From positions 2,100,001-2,132,000 of the forward strand of contig NC_013967.1 in NCBI RefSeq assembly GCF_000025685.1: 32,000 nucleotides of DNA, read 5' to 3'. Position 1 is the first letter of the stretch. The number at the start of each line of letters is the position of its first letter. Made by a program: the position numbers and the translations under genes. Below are positions 17,078 through 25,966 of the stretch, in pieces. The notes beneath the pieces were generated by a model. The model had not been told where the DNA came from, searched no databases, and was given only the letters and a program-made list of their open reading frames with translations. This stretch comes from Haloferax volcanii DS2 (GTDB lineage Archaea; Halobacteriota; Halobacteria; Halobacteriales; Haloferacaceae).

Positions 17078-17185
17078 GACGGCGAAGTCCGAAACATCGT
17101 TTTCCGCCGAAATCGGGACATAGACCGCGTTTTTACCGGTAATATCATTAACCTAACAACCCAATGACTATTCGGAGGTTATAGT

Positions 17186-17695
17186 ATGACAGAGACATCT
17201 GTGGACAGCCCCAGCGACGAACGGGACTTCCAAACGCTCCACAAGAATACGACCAGAGCCGAACTCTTCCCCGCCAAACAGCACAAAGAGGAATGGTGGG
17301 AAGAAGCCGAACACGAAGGGTCCAGCCTCAGCCGGTACCTCTACGACCTGATTCAGGAAGCCCGGATGTATCGGGACAGCGGCGCACCCTTCATCCAAAC
17401 ACAGGACCAGACAGTCAAGCAACTCCAAAACAAAATCGACGACCTCCAAACGCAACTTGAAGAGGCTCGACAAGGCGGCGGTGGTCGAACCCACCTCAGT
17501 ATTGATGACCTCGTCACTCGGGTATTGGACCAGCAGTACCAATCACTAGACGAACTCATAGAGCGCGTTTCTGCTAGTGACGATGTCGCCCAACACCTCC
17601 AACGACAAATCGAGAACCGGCTGTACGCCTTAGCCGAGAACGGACAGGTTGAATTTCAGCGTGGACACGGCTGGCGGCTCAAGGAGGGGAACTAA
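17186..17695 (+). CDS. RHH-domain protein with a coiled coil and a C-terminal wHTH-like region
   Basis: AELFPAKQHKEEWWEEAEHEGSSLSRYLYDLIQEARM (RHH paralog), then the coiled coil VKQLQNKIDDLQTQLEEA. Its stop lies 1 nt before the integrase ATG. Confidence 0.7.
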   Translation: MTETSVDSPSDERDFQTLHKNTTRAELFPAKQHKEEWWEEAEHEGSSLSRYLYDLIQEARMYRDSGAPFIQTQDQTVKQLQNKIDDLQTQLEEARQGGGGRTHLSIDDLVTRVLDQQYQSLDELIERVSASDDVAQHLQRQIENRLYALAENGQVEFQRGHGWRLKEGN

Positions 17696-17696
17696 C

Positions 17697-18632
17697 ATGG
17701 GGGCCGAACCCGGTTCATCGAAAATCTACGACAACAAGCACGACGAAGTCAACTACTTCATCACTCGAAAGCACGCGACCGGCCGGAGCGAAAGAACGCT
17801 CAACTCCTACAGTCGCATCCTCCGTGAGTTCTTCCACGACCAATTCCCAGACCTCTCACCCAGTGAAGTCGAGATTCGACACGTCGAAGACTATCTAATG
17901 GCGCTCACAGACCGGGGCGTCTCCCAGAATTCGAAAAAGAAGTATCTGGAAGTCCTCTCCAGTTTCTACGGCTATACGCTAAAACGGCCGCAGTTCGAGG
18001 GAATTACCAGCAACCCCGCTGCGGTCGTAATGGAGGAGATTCCCCGGGTTCGTCCTGACCGTCCAGACTGTGCGACATGGGAGAACGCCTGTAAACTCAT
18101 CAATGCGATTCCCGACCCGAGAGACAAGACCGTCACCATCATCCTCGCCAAAACCGGCGCTCGACTGCTGGAAGTCCTCTCCATCGAAGAGGACGACGTC
18201 GACCTCGAGAAGGGATTCATTCGACTCCGAGAACGCAAGGGAGGTAAACAGACTGTCGTCCCAATCGATGACGAGACCATCTACGCCATCAAACGCTACC
18301 AGTTCGTCAACGCCGATTTGGATTCGCCATATCTCTTCACAAGCAACAAAGGAGGACGGCTCTCGAAAGAGCGGATTCGACGGGAAGTGAAAGCCGCCGC
18401 CGACCGCGCCGGCGTCGCCCCCAAAGAAGAACGACGGTTCGAGAAGAAATTCACACCTCACACCTTCCGCACCGTGTTCACTACGCTAATGCGGAAACAA
18501 GGAATGAAGCCGTACATTCTGAAATACATCCGTGGAGACGCTAAGACCGAGACGATGGATATCTACACTCGGGTAGACCGTGACGAAGCGAAAGAAGAGT
18601 ACCTGAACTGCATCAAGGAAATTGGACTCTAA
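17697..18632 (+). CDS. tyrosine recombinase / phage-type integrase (XerC/D-like)
   Basis: Start at MGAEPGSS (ATG at 17697, preceded by AAGGAGGGG). Box I TGARLLEVLSIEEDDVDL; box II HTFRTVF…IRGD…MDIYTRV (R, H-x-x-R and Y catalytic residues). Confidence 0.9.
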   Translation: MGAEPGSSKIYDNKHDEVNYFITRKHATGRSERTLNSYSRILREFFHDQFPDLSPSEVEIRHVEDYLMALTDRGVSQNSKKKYLEVLSSFYGYTLKRPQFEGITSNPAAVVMEEIPRVRPDRPDCATWENACKLINAIPDPRDKTVTIILAKTGARLLEVLSIEEDDVDLEKGFIRLRERKGGKQTVVPIDDETIYAIKRYQFVNADLDSPYLFTSNKGGRLSKERIRREVKAAADRAGVAPKEERRFEKKFTPHTFRTVFTTLMRKQGMKPYILKYIRGDAKTETMDIYTRVDRDEAKEEYLNCIKEIGL

Positions 18633-18960
18633 CGAGGATAGACAGTTGGTCGAAGTCATTATTTATCGAAACCCGTGGGAAGACCCTGAGGAGGTAGCAT
18701 GCGTTACGATTGAGGGTGAGGTATCGGGCGGGACGCCGACCGCTGAATCTCTCCGAGACCGGATTCAGGACGAACGCGACCCAATCATCAGCGAGTACAC
18801 GGATGGACGAGAACTGCTCCGGTATCTGGCTGCCTCGTACTCGAATGGGTATGTGATGGCAGGCTACGATAGCGAAGAGTCCCGGCGAGTCGTCGAGGAG
18901 TTGAACGACGCCGCATACCTCGACTGGGTCGAAGAGTCAGGGCTCGACACCTCGCTCTGA
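18622..18960 (+). CDS. small acidic hypothetical protein; start uncertain (TTG in the ORF track)
   Basis: 112-aa ORF with acidic composition. It overlaps the integrase 3' end by 11 nt if the TTG start is used. Confidence 0.4.
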   Translation: MDSNEDRQLVEVIIYRNPWEDPEEVACVTIEGEVSGGTPTAESLRDRIQDERDPIISEYTDGRELLRYLAASYSNGYVMAGYDSEESRRVVEELNDAAYLDWVEESGLDTSL

Positions 18961-19181
18961 ATCCCAAAGACTGTACGCTGGTAGTAGTCCCTCGACTGCT
19001 CACGTATTTCTGAGCGAACCGAATAGATTGACTCTTAATCGTCATCGAACGGCTCTCTACTCCTGTTAGGTAACACTCAGTCCGATGCTAGCTTTGACCT
19101 GGACGTCCTGACATTTTCTCCATCAATCAGAGGCTGCCGCTTAGTGTACGTGATTGCTCCAGAGAACGGATTGTTGCTCTC

Positions 19182-19264
19182 GATGATGACTGGTATTCGA
19201 TTGCTGATGAACGCGTTCTCAGTTCTCTCAGCTAGGACCTCCACGCCGTTACAGACCAACAGAG
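19182..19264. repeat. 83-bp direct repeat, copy 1
   Basis: GATGATGACTGGTATTC, then 56 nt, then ACCAACAGAG. Both end blocks and the 56-nt spacing are identical at 25967-26049; the centre is partly similar. Confidence 0.75.
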
Positions 19265-19331
19265 ACCGATTCAGTCTGTTGCTCGGGAGTCTTATGATGA
19301 AACAGAGCGATTATTGATACGGTGATTTGGC

Positions 19332-19541
19332 GTGGCATTGCTCATTTTTGGACTCAACGAAGAGAGGGACGACTGGGATGTCCTCGGGAAGATTGCCGAC
19401 GGTGAAATAGTCGAGGACCCAACTGGCGAACTGGAGGCGACAATAGAAGGAGCGTATGATTTGGATGATGAGGACCACCTAAGACGGGCATTGAATAACC
19501 ACTACATCAACGCCGTTCCGCTGGCAGAGAACGAGGAGTAA
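19332..19541 (+). CDS. small acidic hypothetical protein (69 aa, GTG start)
   Basis: ORF immediately followed by a similar-sized ORF after a 3-nt gap. The pattern VLGKIADGEIVE is shared with the next gene. Confidence 0.5.
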   Translation: MALLIFGLNEERDDWDVLGKIADGEIVEDPTGELEATIEGAYDLDDEDHLRRALNNHYINAVPLAENEE

Positions 19542-19544
19542 CCG

Positions 19545-19757
19545 ATGCGGGTTCTCTTTCAGATGTACCACGCCGGCGAGCTACACGACCTCGGTATCAT
19601 CAAAGACGGCAATGTGGTCGAAAGCATGGAGGAGGGTTTTGAGGACTGGATTCGATGGGAGCTAAGTCAGCCGACGACTCCCGACATCGGTGACTCTGAT
19701 GAAATTTTGGAAGCGTATGAGGGACCACACCTAATTGCAAGAGTAACTGACGAGTGA
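19545..19757 (+). CDS. small acidic hypothetical protein (70 aa)
   Basis: ATG ORF tightly linked to 19332..19541. DLGIIKDGNVVE resembles the neighbour. Confidence 0.55.
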   Translation: MRVLFQMYHAGELHDLGIIKDGNVVESMEEGFEDWIRWELSQPTTPDIGDSDEILEAYEGPHLIARVTDE

Positions 19758-19910
19758 CAACTATTGATATAGTATAAATAGGGGAACCTACGACGCTCCA
19801 CGTTTGCTAACCACATCTTGCGTGCTCTCCATTCCTAAATCAAATTCTGGCTTCTAGCTTCATGCCCGAGTTGTTATTACTCCTTACGCGAGAGAGAACG
19901 CAAGACAAGA

Positions 19911-22316
19911 ATGACTTCCGAATATTACTTCCAGTATTGGGAGACTGTGTCTTCTCAACGTACCAAGGAATATGATGAACTGAAAGATGGAGAGGCGCTT
20001 GGTGGGAAGCGCCCTATGATTCAGAATGACCGTTTTGAGATGTTGAAACGGCTATGCGACGAAGCCGGCATAGATGACTGGGTTGGAGAGATAGACCATA
20101 CCGCTACATATCAATCAAACAAACAGAAGATAATGAACCGGTATGGTCTCTCTGGATTTGAGGTTGACCAGGAGCAGAAGCTCAAAAAATTAGAAGCGGA
20201 AGCAGAAGACCGAGAAGCGGAGGCTCCAGAAGATGCTCCGACTTCGTTTGAGGAGCAGATGCGTCAGCAATCCGGTGGGACAAAGCAGCCAGCAGACACA
20301 ATTGAGGTTGAGTCAATTGATGGGGGTTCTGAGCAGCCAGCAAAGAACAAGCAACAAAATACTCAGTCCAATAAGTCACCGAGTGGACGACAGTCTCAGA
20401 AGTCACAAATATCTGCCTCAGCGTCCCTCTCCCTTTCTCAAGTTCGAAATAAATGTCTTAAAACGATTGAGGAAGCATATGCGGAAACCCAACCAGCTCT
20501 AATTGATGCTCTACCCGGGACTGGGAAAAGCTATGCTGCGGTAGAAGCGGCCTCAACCACAGAGACACCAATTACCATACTCACTTCTCGAGGACGAGAG
20601 GAGAGATACGCTGAAATCGAGTCTTGGTGTCAGACACACGGGCTATCCTCCAAAGTTCTACCTAGCGCTGACAAGGACTGCCCCACTTTTGCTGGAAAGC
20701 ACGGCTCCCAGTTGAAAACACGGTTCAAGAAATATCGTGATTTGGGGGTTACAGTATCAGACCTACATGCTCATTGGAGTCCTCCGTGTCAGAATGAAAG
20801 TAGATGCCCCTACCAGTCTGCGTGGGACTTCCAACCGGAAGACTACGACGTAATTATGGGGTACTACACCCAAGCATACGTCGATAAAGTTACAGAGAAC
20901 AGAGTCGTTGTCATTGATGAGATACCGTCAGACGCTTTTCTTACCCAATTCGAGGACCCACAAACTCCAATCACTAATTTTCTCCAACAAACAAACGGTA
21001 TCCCCTTCCCAAATTATCACAGTCTAATCGCCAATAAAGACAGTCAAAAAGAGGAAACAGCACTCAAGTGGTTCGAAAATAGAGGAATTGACATTGGTGG
21101 TTCGAAGCAAATTCTTGACGCAAATACTAGTGACTACCACATTCACGCACCACTCTTGGTCTTAGGTATTCTCATCTCTGAACCCCTTGGAAACAACTGG
21201 AGTAGAGCCTCCTTGGGCGGCGGTCAAGTATTTGCTCACGACCAAAACGGGAACAAGATGTCTGTTCTCACGCCGCCAACTCTGACAAACGCCAAGAATG
21301 TAATCGCATTAGATGGAACACCTACACTACGGCTCTATGACTTGATGTTCAATGTCGGATTTGAGCAAAAGCAGCTACTTAGTGACCCGGAGCGGGAAGA
21401 ATACATCCAGGATACGCAGAACCTGAAGATTGTCCAGACCGAACTCAAATACATCCGCCCATATACAAGCGGGAGTAGTGTCAATGTTGACCGAGACGAA
21501 GCCCTTCTTCGAGAGGTGATTGCGGTCCACAGCGATGACCCGTCAGTAATCACTTCCTGCAAGGCTTTGAGAAAGCTCAAAGCTACGAACATCCCGATAT
21601 CTCCAAATAGCACCTACTACGGGAATCTCAGAGGCTCGAACGAGTTGGCTAAGAAAGATGTCGGGGTGATTCTTGGTAGTCCGCACTACGGGGACGAATT
21701 TATTGAGCGGTGGTCGGCTCTATTTGGATTCGAAGCGTCTGGCACTAAGACCGGTACCGCAAAGTCGTATGGAGCCTTCGGCGATGAACTTCTCCAGCAT
21801 ATGCGAGAAAATGAGGTACTGCAAGCGGTTTTCCGATTTGCTCGTGATGGGTCGGGAGCGACCGTCTATGTGAATACTGCAGCAATCCCACCCTGGCTTC
21901 CCCGAGAGATAGCATTAGGCGTCTCACGTACTCGGACGTCCACCGAACGAGAGATAATTGATGTACTATCGAATAAGGGTAAGGCCTCTGGAACCGAGAT
22001 AGCCACAAAAGTCGATAAGCATCCGAATACGGTTCGCTCTCACCTCCGTACCCTCCAGAAAGAGGGAATAGTCCGTAAGACCGGCAAAAACAAAGGAACC
22101 CAGTGGCACGATGACGGGTTATCTAATGCTAACAAGTACGGCGCAGTCGACCTCAACAGTATCACCAATAAGACCTATAAGATACCTATTAGGGAAATTG
22201 GTGATAAAATCGAGCTCAAAGACGAACTGGATATGCATCTTGAGCAATATGGCATTGACCAAGCTGAGCGCGACCGATTAATCGGAGATGTGTGGATGAC
22301 TGACCACCGAACTTAG
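19911..22316 (+). CDS. P-loop NTPase/helicase-like protein with a Cys-rich insert and a C-terminal winged HTH; putative replication protein of the element
   Basis: Walker A LPGTGKSY and Walker B VVVIDEIP. Cysteines lie between them (DKDCPTF…SPPCQNESRCPY). Later helicase-like blocks are ALDGTP, GNLRGSNE and QAVFRFARDG. The C-terminal REIIDVLSNKGKASGTEIATKVDKHPNTVRSHLRTLQKEGIVRK is wHTH. A Q/S/K-rich low-complexity linker spans aa 120-180. Confidence 0.65.
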   Translation: MTSEYYFQYWETVSSQRTKEYDELKDGEALGGKRPMIQNDRFEMLKRLCDEAGIDDWVGEIDHTATYQSNKQKIMNRYGLSGFEVDQEQKLKKLEAEAEDREAEAPEDAPTSFEEQMRQQSGGTKQPADTIEVESIDGGSEQPAKNKQQNTQSNKSPSGRQSQKSQISASASLSLSQVRNKCLKTIEEAYAETQPALIDALPGTGKSYAAVEAASTTETPITILTSRGREERYAEIESWCQTHGLSSKVLPSADKDCPTFAGKHGSQLKTRFKKYRDLGVTVSDLHAHWSPPCQNESRCPYQSAWDFQPEDYDVIMGYYTQAYVDKVTENRVVVIDEIPSDAFLTQFEDPQTPITNFLQQTNGIPFPNYHSLIANKDSQKEETALKWFENRGIDIGGSKQILDANTSDYHIHAPLLVLGILISEPLGNNWSRASLGGGQVFAHDQNGNKMSVLTPPTLTNAKNVIALDGTPTLRLYDLMFNVGFEQKQLLSDPEREEYIQDTQNLKIVQTELKYIRPYTSGSSVNVDRDEALLREVIAVHSDDPSVITSCKALRKLKATNIPISPNSTYYGNLRGSNELAKKDVGVILGSPHYGDEFIERWSALFGFEASGTKTGTAKSYGAFGDELLQHMRENEVLQAVFRFARDGSGATVYVNTAAIPPWLPREIALGVSRTRTSTEREIIDVLSNKGKASGTEIATKVDKHPNTVRSHLRTLQKEGIVRKTGKNKGTQWHDDGLSNANKYGAVDLNSITNKTYKIPIREIGDKIELKDELDMHLEQYGIDQAERDRLIGDVWMTDHRT

Positions 22317-22479
22317 CATAGCTTACAGACAGACTAATGGCGTTGCCTGTAGGTCCGCACCAGTCGTCTTCTCACGCGGTCCTCAGAGCACCTGATGATT
22401 ATGATTCAATCAGATTTCTACGGGGTCGCTGGTTCGAGTATCAGGACTTCCGTACAGTCCTCGACTCCCTTAGCCTGAA

Positions 22480-22746
22480 TCAGTCTTCAGACTCTCCCTC
22501 CTCGTAGCCAGCTTCGTACTCATCTCGTACCGTCCTCGAAGCTCGTTTCGAGAGCTTAGCGAGATTTTTGTTGAATCGACGGATAGAGAGGTAGATGTAC
22601 AGCAGGAGGAGATACGGCCAGATGAACAACCCAACGACAGAATAGATGGCGAGTTTGAGGAAGCGGTACTCTATCGGGCCGATATGGACGCTACCTATCT
22701 GGATGCCGCTCGATTCGTCTTGCTCGTCACTGTCTGAATCAGTCAT
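22480..22746 (-). CDS. small membrane protein (88 aa)
   Basis: Start taken at MTDSDSDEQ (ATG at 22746). Hydrophobic core LKLAIYSVVGLFIWPYLLLLYIYLSI and acidic termini. It is transcribed divergently from the 22933 operon. Confidence 0.5.
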   Translation of the reverse strand: MTDSDSDEQDESSGIQIGSVHIGPIEYRFLKLAIYSVVGLFIWPYLLLLYIYLSIRRFNKNLAKLSKRASRTVRDEYEAGYEEGESED

Positions 22747-22932
22747 TGTAATCTCCTGGCCAAAGCCGTCGCTGCTGGACAAGCGACGACAGTAGGACTT
22801 ATTCAGAGAGACGGCTGGAATCGATATCAAATTACTGACTTTAACTCTGAGATTGACTTCTGGACGTCCCTCTGGAATGAGAGTCACAAGCAAAGAAGAG
22901 AATATTTGTGCTTTGAATGTAGTCAGGAAAAC

Positions 22933-23286
22933 ATGACCGACGACCCGGAGGATATTCCAGACCCTGTTAAACCAACCACCCTCCAGAAGCTCCTACGAGC
23001 ATATACGCCCGAAGATAAGCAGGTCGGGGGTGAATCAGCGGACTATCTTAAACTTCAGGTGGACAATACTATTCGGGTTGTTTGGGAGGAGGCGATGAAG
23101 AAGTCTGAGGAACGTGACGCGAAACGAGTTGAAGAACAAGACGTCCGTGCTGCATTCAACGAGATATTCTATCCATACACGCTCTTAGAAGAGGCAGCGA
23201 CGAAGATGGGAGAATACCAACTAGAGCTTCGACGTACAGCGAACCGGTCACCCATCCTTGACTTGGAGGATGACGAGGATGAGTAG
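22933..23286 (+). CDS. histone-fold-like small DNA-binding protein (117 aa)
   Basis: Start at MTDDPEDIP (ATG at 22933). A TATA-like AATATTT at 22901-22907 lies about 28 nt upstream. PTTLQKLLRAY…ESADYLKLQVDNTIRVVWEEAMKKSEERDAKRVEEQDVRAAF aligns by eye to the archaeal histone pattern (…A…L…i…A…A…gRKTv…Dv…A). Confidence 0.55.
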   Translation: MTDDPEDIPDPVKPTTLQKLLRAYTPEDKQVGGESADYLKLQVDNTIRVVWEEAMKKSEERDAKRVEEQDVRAAFNEIFYPYTLLEEAATKMGEYQLELRRTANRSPILDLEDDEDE

Positions 23287-24760
23287 CGACCCGAATCTGT
23301 TCTTTTTCAGAGACGGCTATACGAGCGACGAGATGCGGTCTCGGATAAACGTTGACCATTTCCGAACCGACGATAATTCGCTTGTTGAGTCCATCCTTGA
23401 AAAGGCGAGCTTAGAGCGAGATGTTATACTTGAAAACCGGAAGTCAGATTTCCTATCCAAAATCAAATCCAACGTAGAAACGGAGGAGTACCAGTCATTT
23501 CTCTCCCAGATGTTCGAAGAGCACGGAGAGAAGGGCGACCGTGTCAATTTGCAGTTTTACCGAACTGGAGAACTTTCATTTGAGAGCTTAGTTGGGAAAC
23601 TTGCTGACGAAGTTGAACAGGAGACTATGACGGATGGTGGAGATTCCCGCTATTCATCTCTGATTACGGATTACGAGACACATGACGGTCAAGTCGTCGA
23701 TATTCAGTTTCGTCTCAGCGATGAACCAAGCGACTTGGAGTTAACTGAGGACGGATATGTTGAAGACGTCGATGGAGATAGAGTCGATATCAGCGAACTC
23801 GGCCTAGAGGACTATGAAAAGGTCGTCAAGACTAACAAATATTCTGTAGAGGTCCGAGCATACACGGACGCCGGATTGATAGCGGTCTCTAACTCGAAGG
23901 CCAGCACCACGCTCCAGAAGGCACTCCGTCAATCTCTCAGAAAATGGGGTGATGCAGATGCCGGAAATGAAGGATTCCTACTAAAGGAAACGGAGCTGCT
24001 TCTAATGCAGAATCTTATGGATGGTGATAACTCCGGGCTGGACTTCGGAGGATTCCTCGATAAGAACCTCAAGACGGCAAAATACCGTGGCGACCGAAAT
24101 GAGACTCTATCTCGGTCTCCCGTGTTGAGTCCTGCCCGTGAGCAGGGAACCATCACTCAGGCACGGTTCTATCATATGTACGATGATGGAACGGGGCCGC
24201 GACCAGTTCAAGTCCGGGTGTACCACGATGGTCACATCTCCTCAAGTAAACCGACGAAGCCCGACTTCGTCGATACTGTAACTGAGCACTTCCTGACGGT
24301 ATTCAAATATCGGGACTACATCCAACCGCTTGATGAACTAATCAGCGAGTTCATCGATGACCGATTCCGTGATGAACTTTATTCGGGAGAAGACTCCTAT
24401 CGAAGTAATAAGATGCAGGCATTTGGGAGTCTCGTTGACCAGTACATCAATAGCAACTCGTTTGATGAATCAGAGCGTCCGGTATTCGAAGCTACGTTTG
24501 CGAACATAGGAATCGAACTCTCTCAGCTTGACCTCACCAGCGATGAGTATCCCGAGGTCGAAGAAGCGTCTGACCGGCCAGAGAAAGAAACAGACCTCAA
24601 GGAGTTCTTCGAAAACTACTCGGACTATGTATTGAAGTCCACGCAGCCCGACTTTGATAACCTCTGGATGCACCTCGAATATGTCATCAATCGGCAATCT
24701 CACGACTCACCAATAGACATCATCGAGACCGCAATAGAGGAATATGCTCTCAGAGAGTGA
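23279..24760 (+). CDS. hypothetical protein (493 aa), no recognisable domain
   Basis: Start at MSSDPNLFFF (ATG at 23279), overlapping the upstream stop by 8 nt. Acidic, clean ORF; the antisense ORFs are short. Confidence 0.7.
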   Translation: MSSDPNLFFFRDGYTSDEMRSRINVDHFRTDDNSLVESILEKASLERDVILENRKSDFLSKIKSNVETEEYQSFLSQMFEEHGEKGDRVNLQFYRTGELSFESLVGKLADEVEQETMTDGGDSRYSSLITDYETHDGQVVDIQFRLSDEPSDLELTEDGYVEDVDGDRVDISELGLEDYEKVVKTNKYSVEVRAYTDAGLIAVSNSKASTTLQKALRQSLRKWGDADAGNEGFLLKETELLLMQNLMDGDNSGLDFGGFLDKNLKTAKYRGDRNETLSRSPVLSPAREQGTITQARFYHMYDDGTGPRPVQVRVYHDGHISSSKPTKPDFVDTVTEHFLTVFKYRDYIQPLDELISEFIDDRFRDELYSGEDSYRSNKMQAFGSLVDQYINSNSFDESERPVFEATFANIGIELSQLDLTSDEYPEVEEASDRPEKETDLKEFFENYSDYVLKSTQPDFDNLWMHLEYVINRQSHDSPIDIIETAIEEYALRE

Positions 24761-25901
24761 GGCGGTTTTCCTCAATCGATGTCTTCGAGAGATTCCCGCA
24801 ACCGGCCGAATAGAGGATATTGAGTTTACCGAAGAACAGGTACTAGAGCTAATTTCGGATGCTAGTCTGGCCGAATCTGATTTAAACCGTGGATGGGCAC
24901 GGTTCTTCGACTCACGCTCAAAGGATGTTGTAGAGGACGGGATTAGCACTGGTGAGACTGTTGAGATGTATCGGCTTAGCCCAGAAATCATCGCTAACGA
25001 CTGGGCCGACGAAGTAGACGATAATTCCTGGTTCTCTGAAACACGCTTAGAGCAAGTCGATGATGAAAGCTGGTGTTTCATCGCGCAATCCGATGGGCGG
25101 GGAGAACTAACGTTCCGTCTATTCTTCAATGGAAGGCGAGTTGAGGAGTATTCTCCAGACGCCCTCAAGAATAGTTTTGCAGTTTGGTTCGTCGAGCCTC
25201 GACATACGCCGGATGAAAGAGCTACGTTTCGGTGGGCAGAGTTCTTACAGGACGATTTCTGGGAGGACCTTCAGCGTAACCTATTGCGTATTCAAGAGCC
25301 CAGAACCGTCGATATCTGTCGCCTCAACTCTGTCGCGGCAAGCGATAATATGGAGGGTATTGAAGACGCTATCAAGTACAAGTTCAGGGACTTAGAATTA
25401 GAAGTCGAGGAGGACCCTGAAGAGGATATTACTGAAATTGAAGAATATATCGATGGGCCAATACTGTTCGGGGCGAAGGAGGACCAAGATTCCTCATATC
25501 TCATAGTATGTGAATGTGACCGTAGCCCCAATCAGCTTCATCTCCACTATGTCCGCGACGGTAAGCCCGCATACCTGAGTGATTCTAATCACGCAGAGGA
25601 TGTCCGAGAATTCACCCGGAGCAAGGTCAAGCGATACAACGAGCTATCCGCGAAAAAGAAGGACGTGCTACCAATTCTAAAGTGGAGTGCGGCTTTGCTC
25701 GGGGCAATCGGTGTTTCGCAGGTCATTCCACTATTCACGTTCTTTGGAGTTCAACCGAACTCTCAGATGGTGACTAACAGTATGATTGGCGTTCTTGTAG
25801 TGAGTCTGCTAATCGGGATTGGCGTTTTTGTGTATATGATGCTCCCCGTAGTTGCCTTCCGGAGATTCAGTTGGACACGAGATGGCGGGTTGTTGAACTA
25901 G
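24744..25901 (+). CDS. hypothetical protein (385 aa) with two C-terminal transmembrane helices
   Basis: It overlaps the upstream gene by 17 nt. The N-terminal 320 aa or so are soluble and acidic, with no signal peptide. C-terminal TM helices: ILKWSAALLGAIGVSQVIPLFTFFGV and MIGVLVVSLLIGIGVFVYMMLPVVAF. Confidence 0.7.
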   Translation: MLSESEAVFLNRCLREIPATGRIEDIEFTEEQVLELISDASLAESDLNRGWARFFDSRSKDVVEDGISTGETVEMYRLSPEIIANDWADEVDDNSWFSETRLEQVDDESWCFIAQSDGRGELTFRLFFNGRRVEEYSPDALKNSFAVWFVEPRHTPDERATFRWAEFLQDDFWEDLQRNLLRIQEPRTVDICRLNSVAASDNMEGIEDAIKYKFRDLELEVEEDPEEDITEIEEYIDGPILFGAKEDQDSSYLIVCECDRSPNQLHLHYVRDGKPAYLSDSNHAEDVREFTRSKVKRYNELSAKKKDVLPILKWSAALLGAIGVSQVIPLFTFFGVQPNSQMVTNSMIGVLVVSLLIGIGVFVYMMLPVVAFRRFSWTRDGGLLN

Positions 25902-25966
25902 CGCTGAGAGAATTTTGAATCATAGCAGGTTGTTGTCTGTCATCTGTTGACCAAGTATTCTTTCTG

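Noticed and set aside
19077-19259. 60-aa minus-strand ORF with a TTG start, overlapping 83-bp repeat copy 1
   Set aside because: The start is weak. The homologous frame in repeat copy 2 (25967-26049) contains a stop, so the conservation is more likely at the DNA or RNA level than protein-coding.
22383-22397. 15-nt exact match TCAGAGCACCTGATG between the 22.3-22.5 kb intergenic region and the TBP gene (26575-26589); considered as a possible TBP pseudogene fragment
   Set aside because: Translation around 22383 shows no further TBP similarity and hits stops. About one 15-mer coincidence is expected by chance in a 32-kb window considering both strands.
22421-22445. GGTTCGAGT T-loop-like sequence, considered as a possible tRNA or att target
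   Set aside because: The flanking bases do not form a T-stem (GCTGG vs ATCAG), and no acceptor or anticodon arms can be built. No tRNA could be recognised anywhere in the window.
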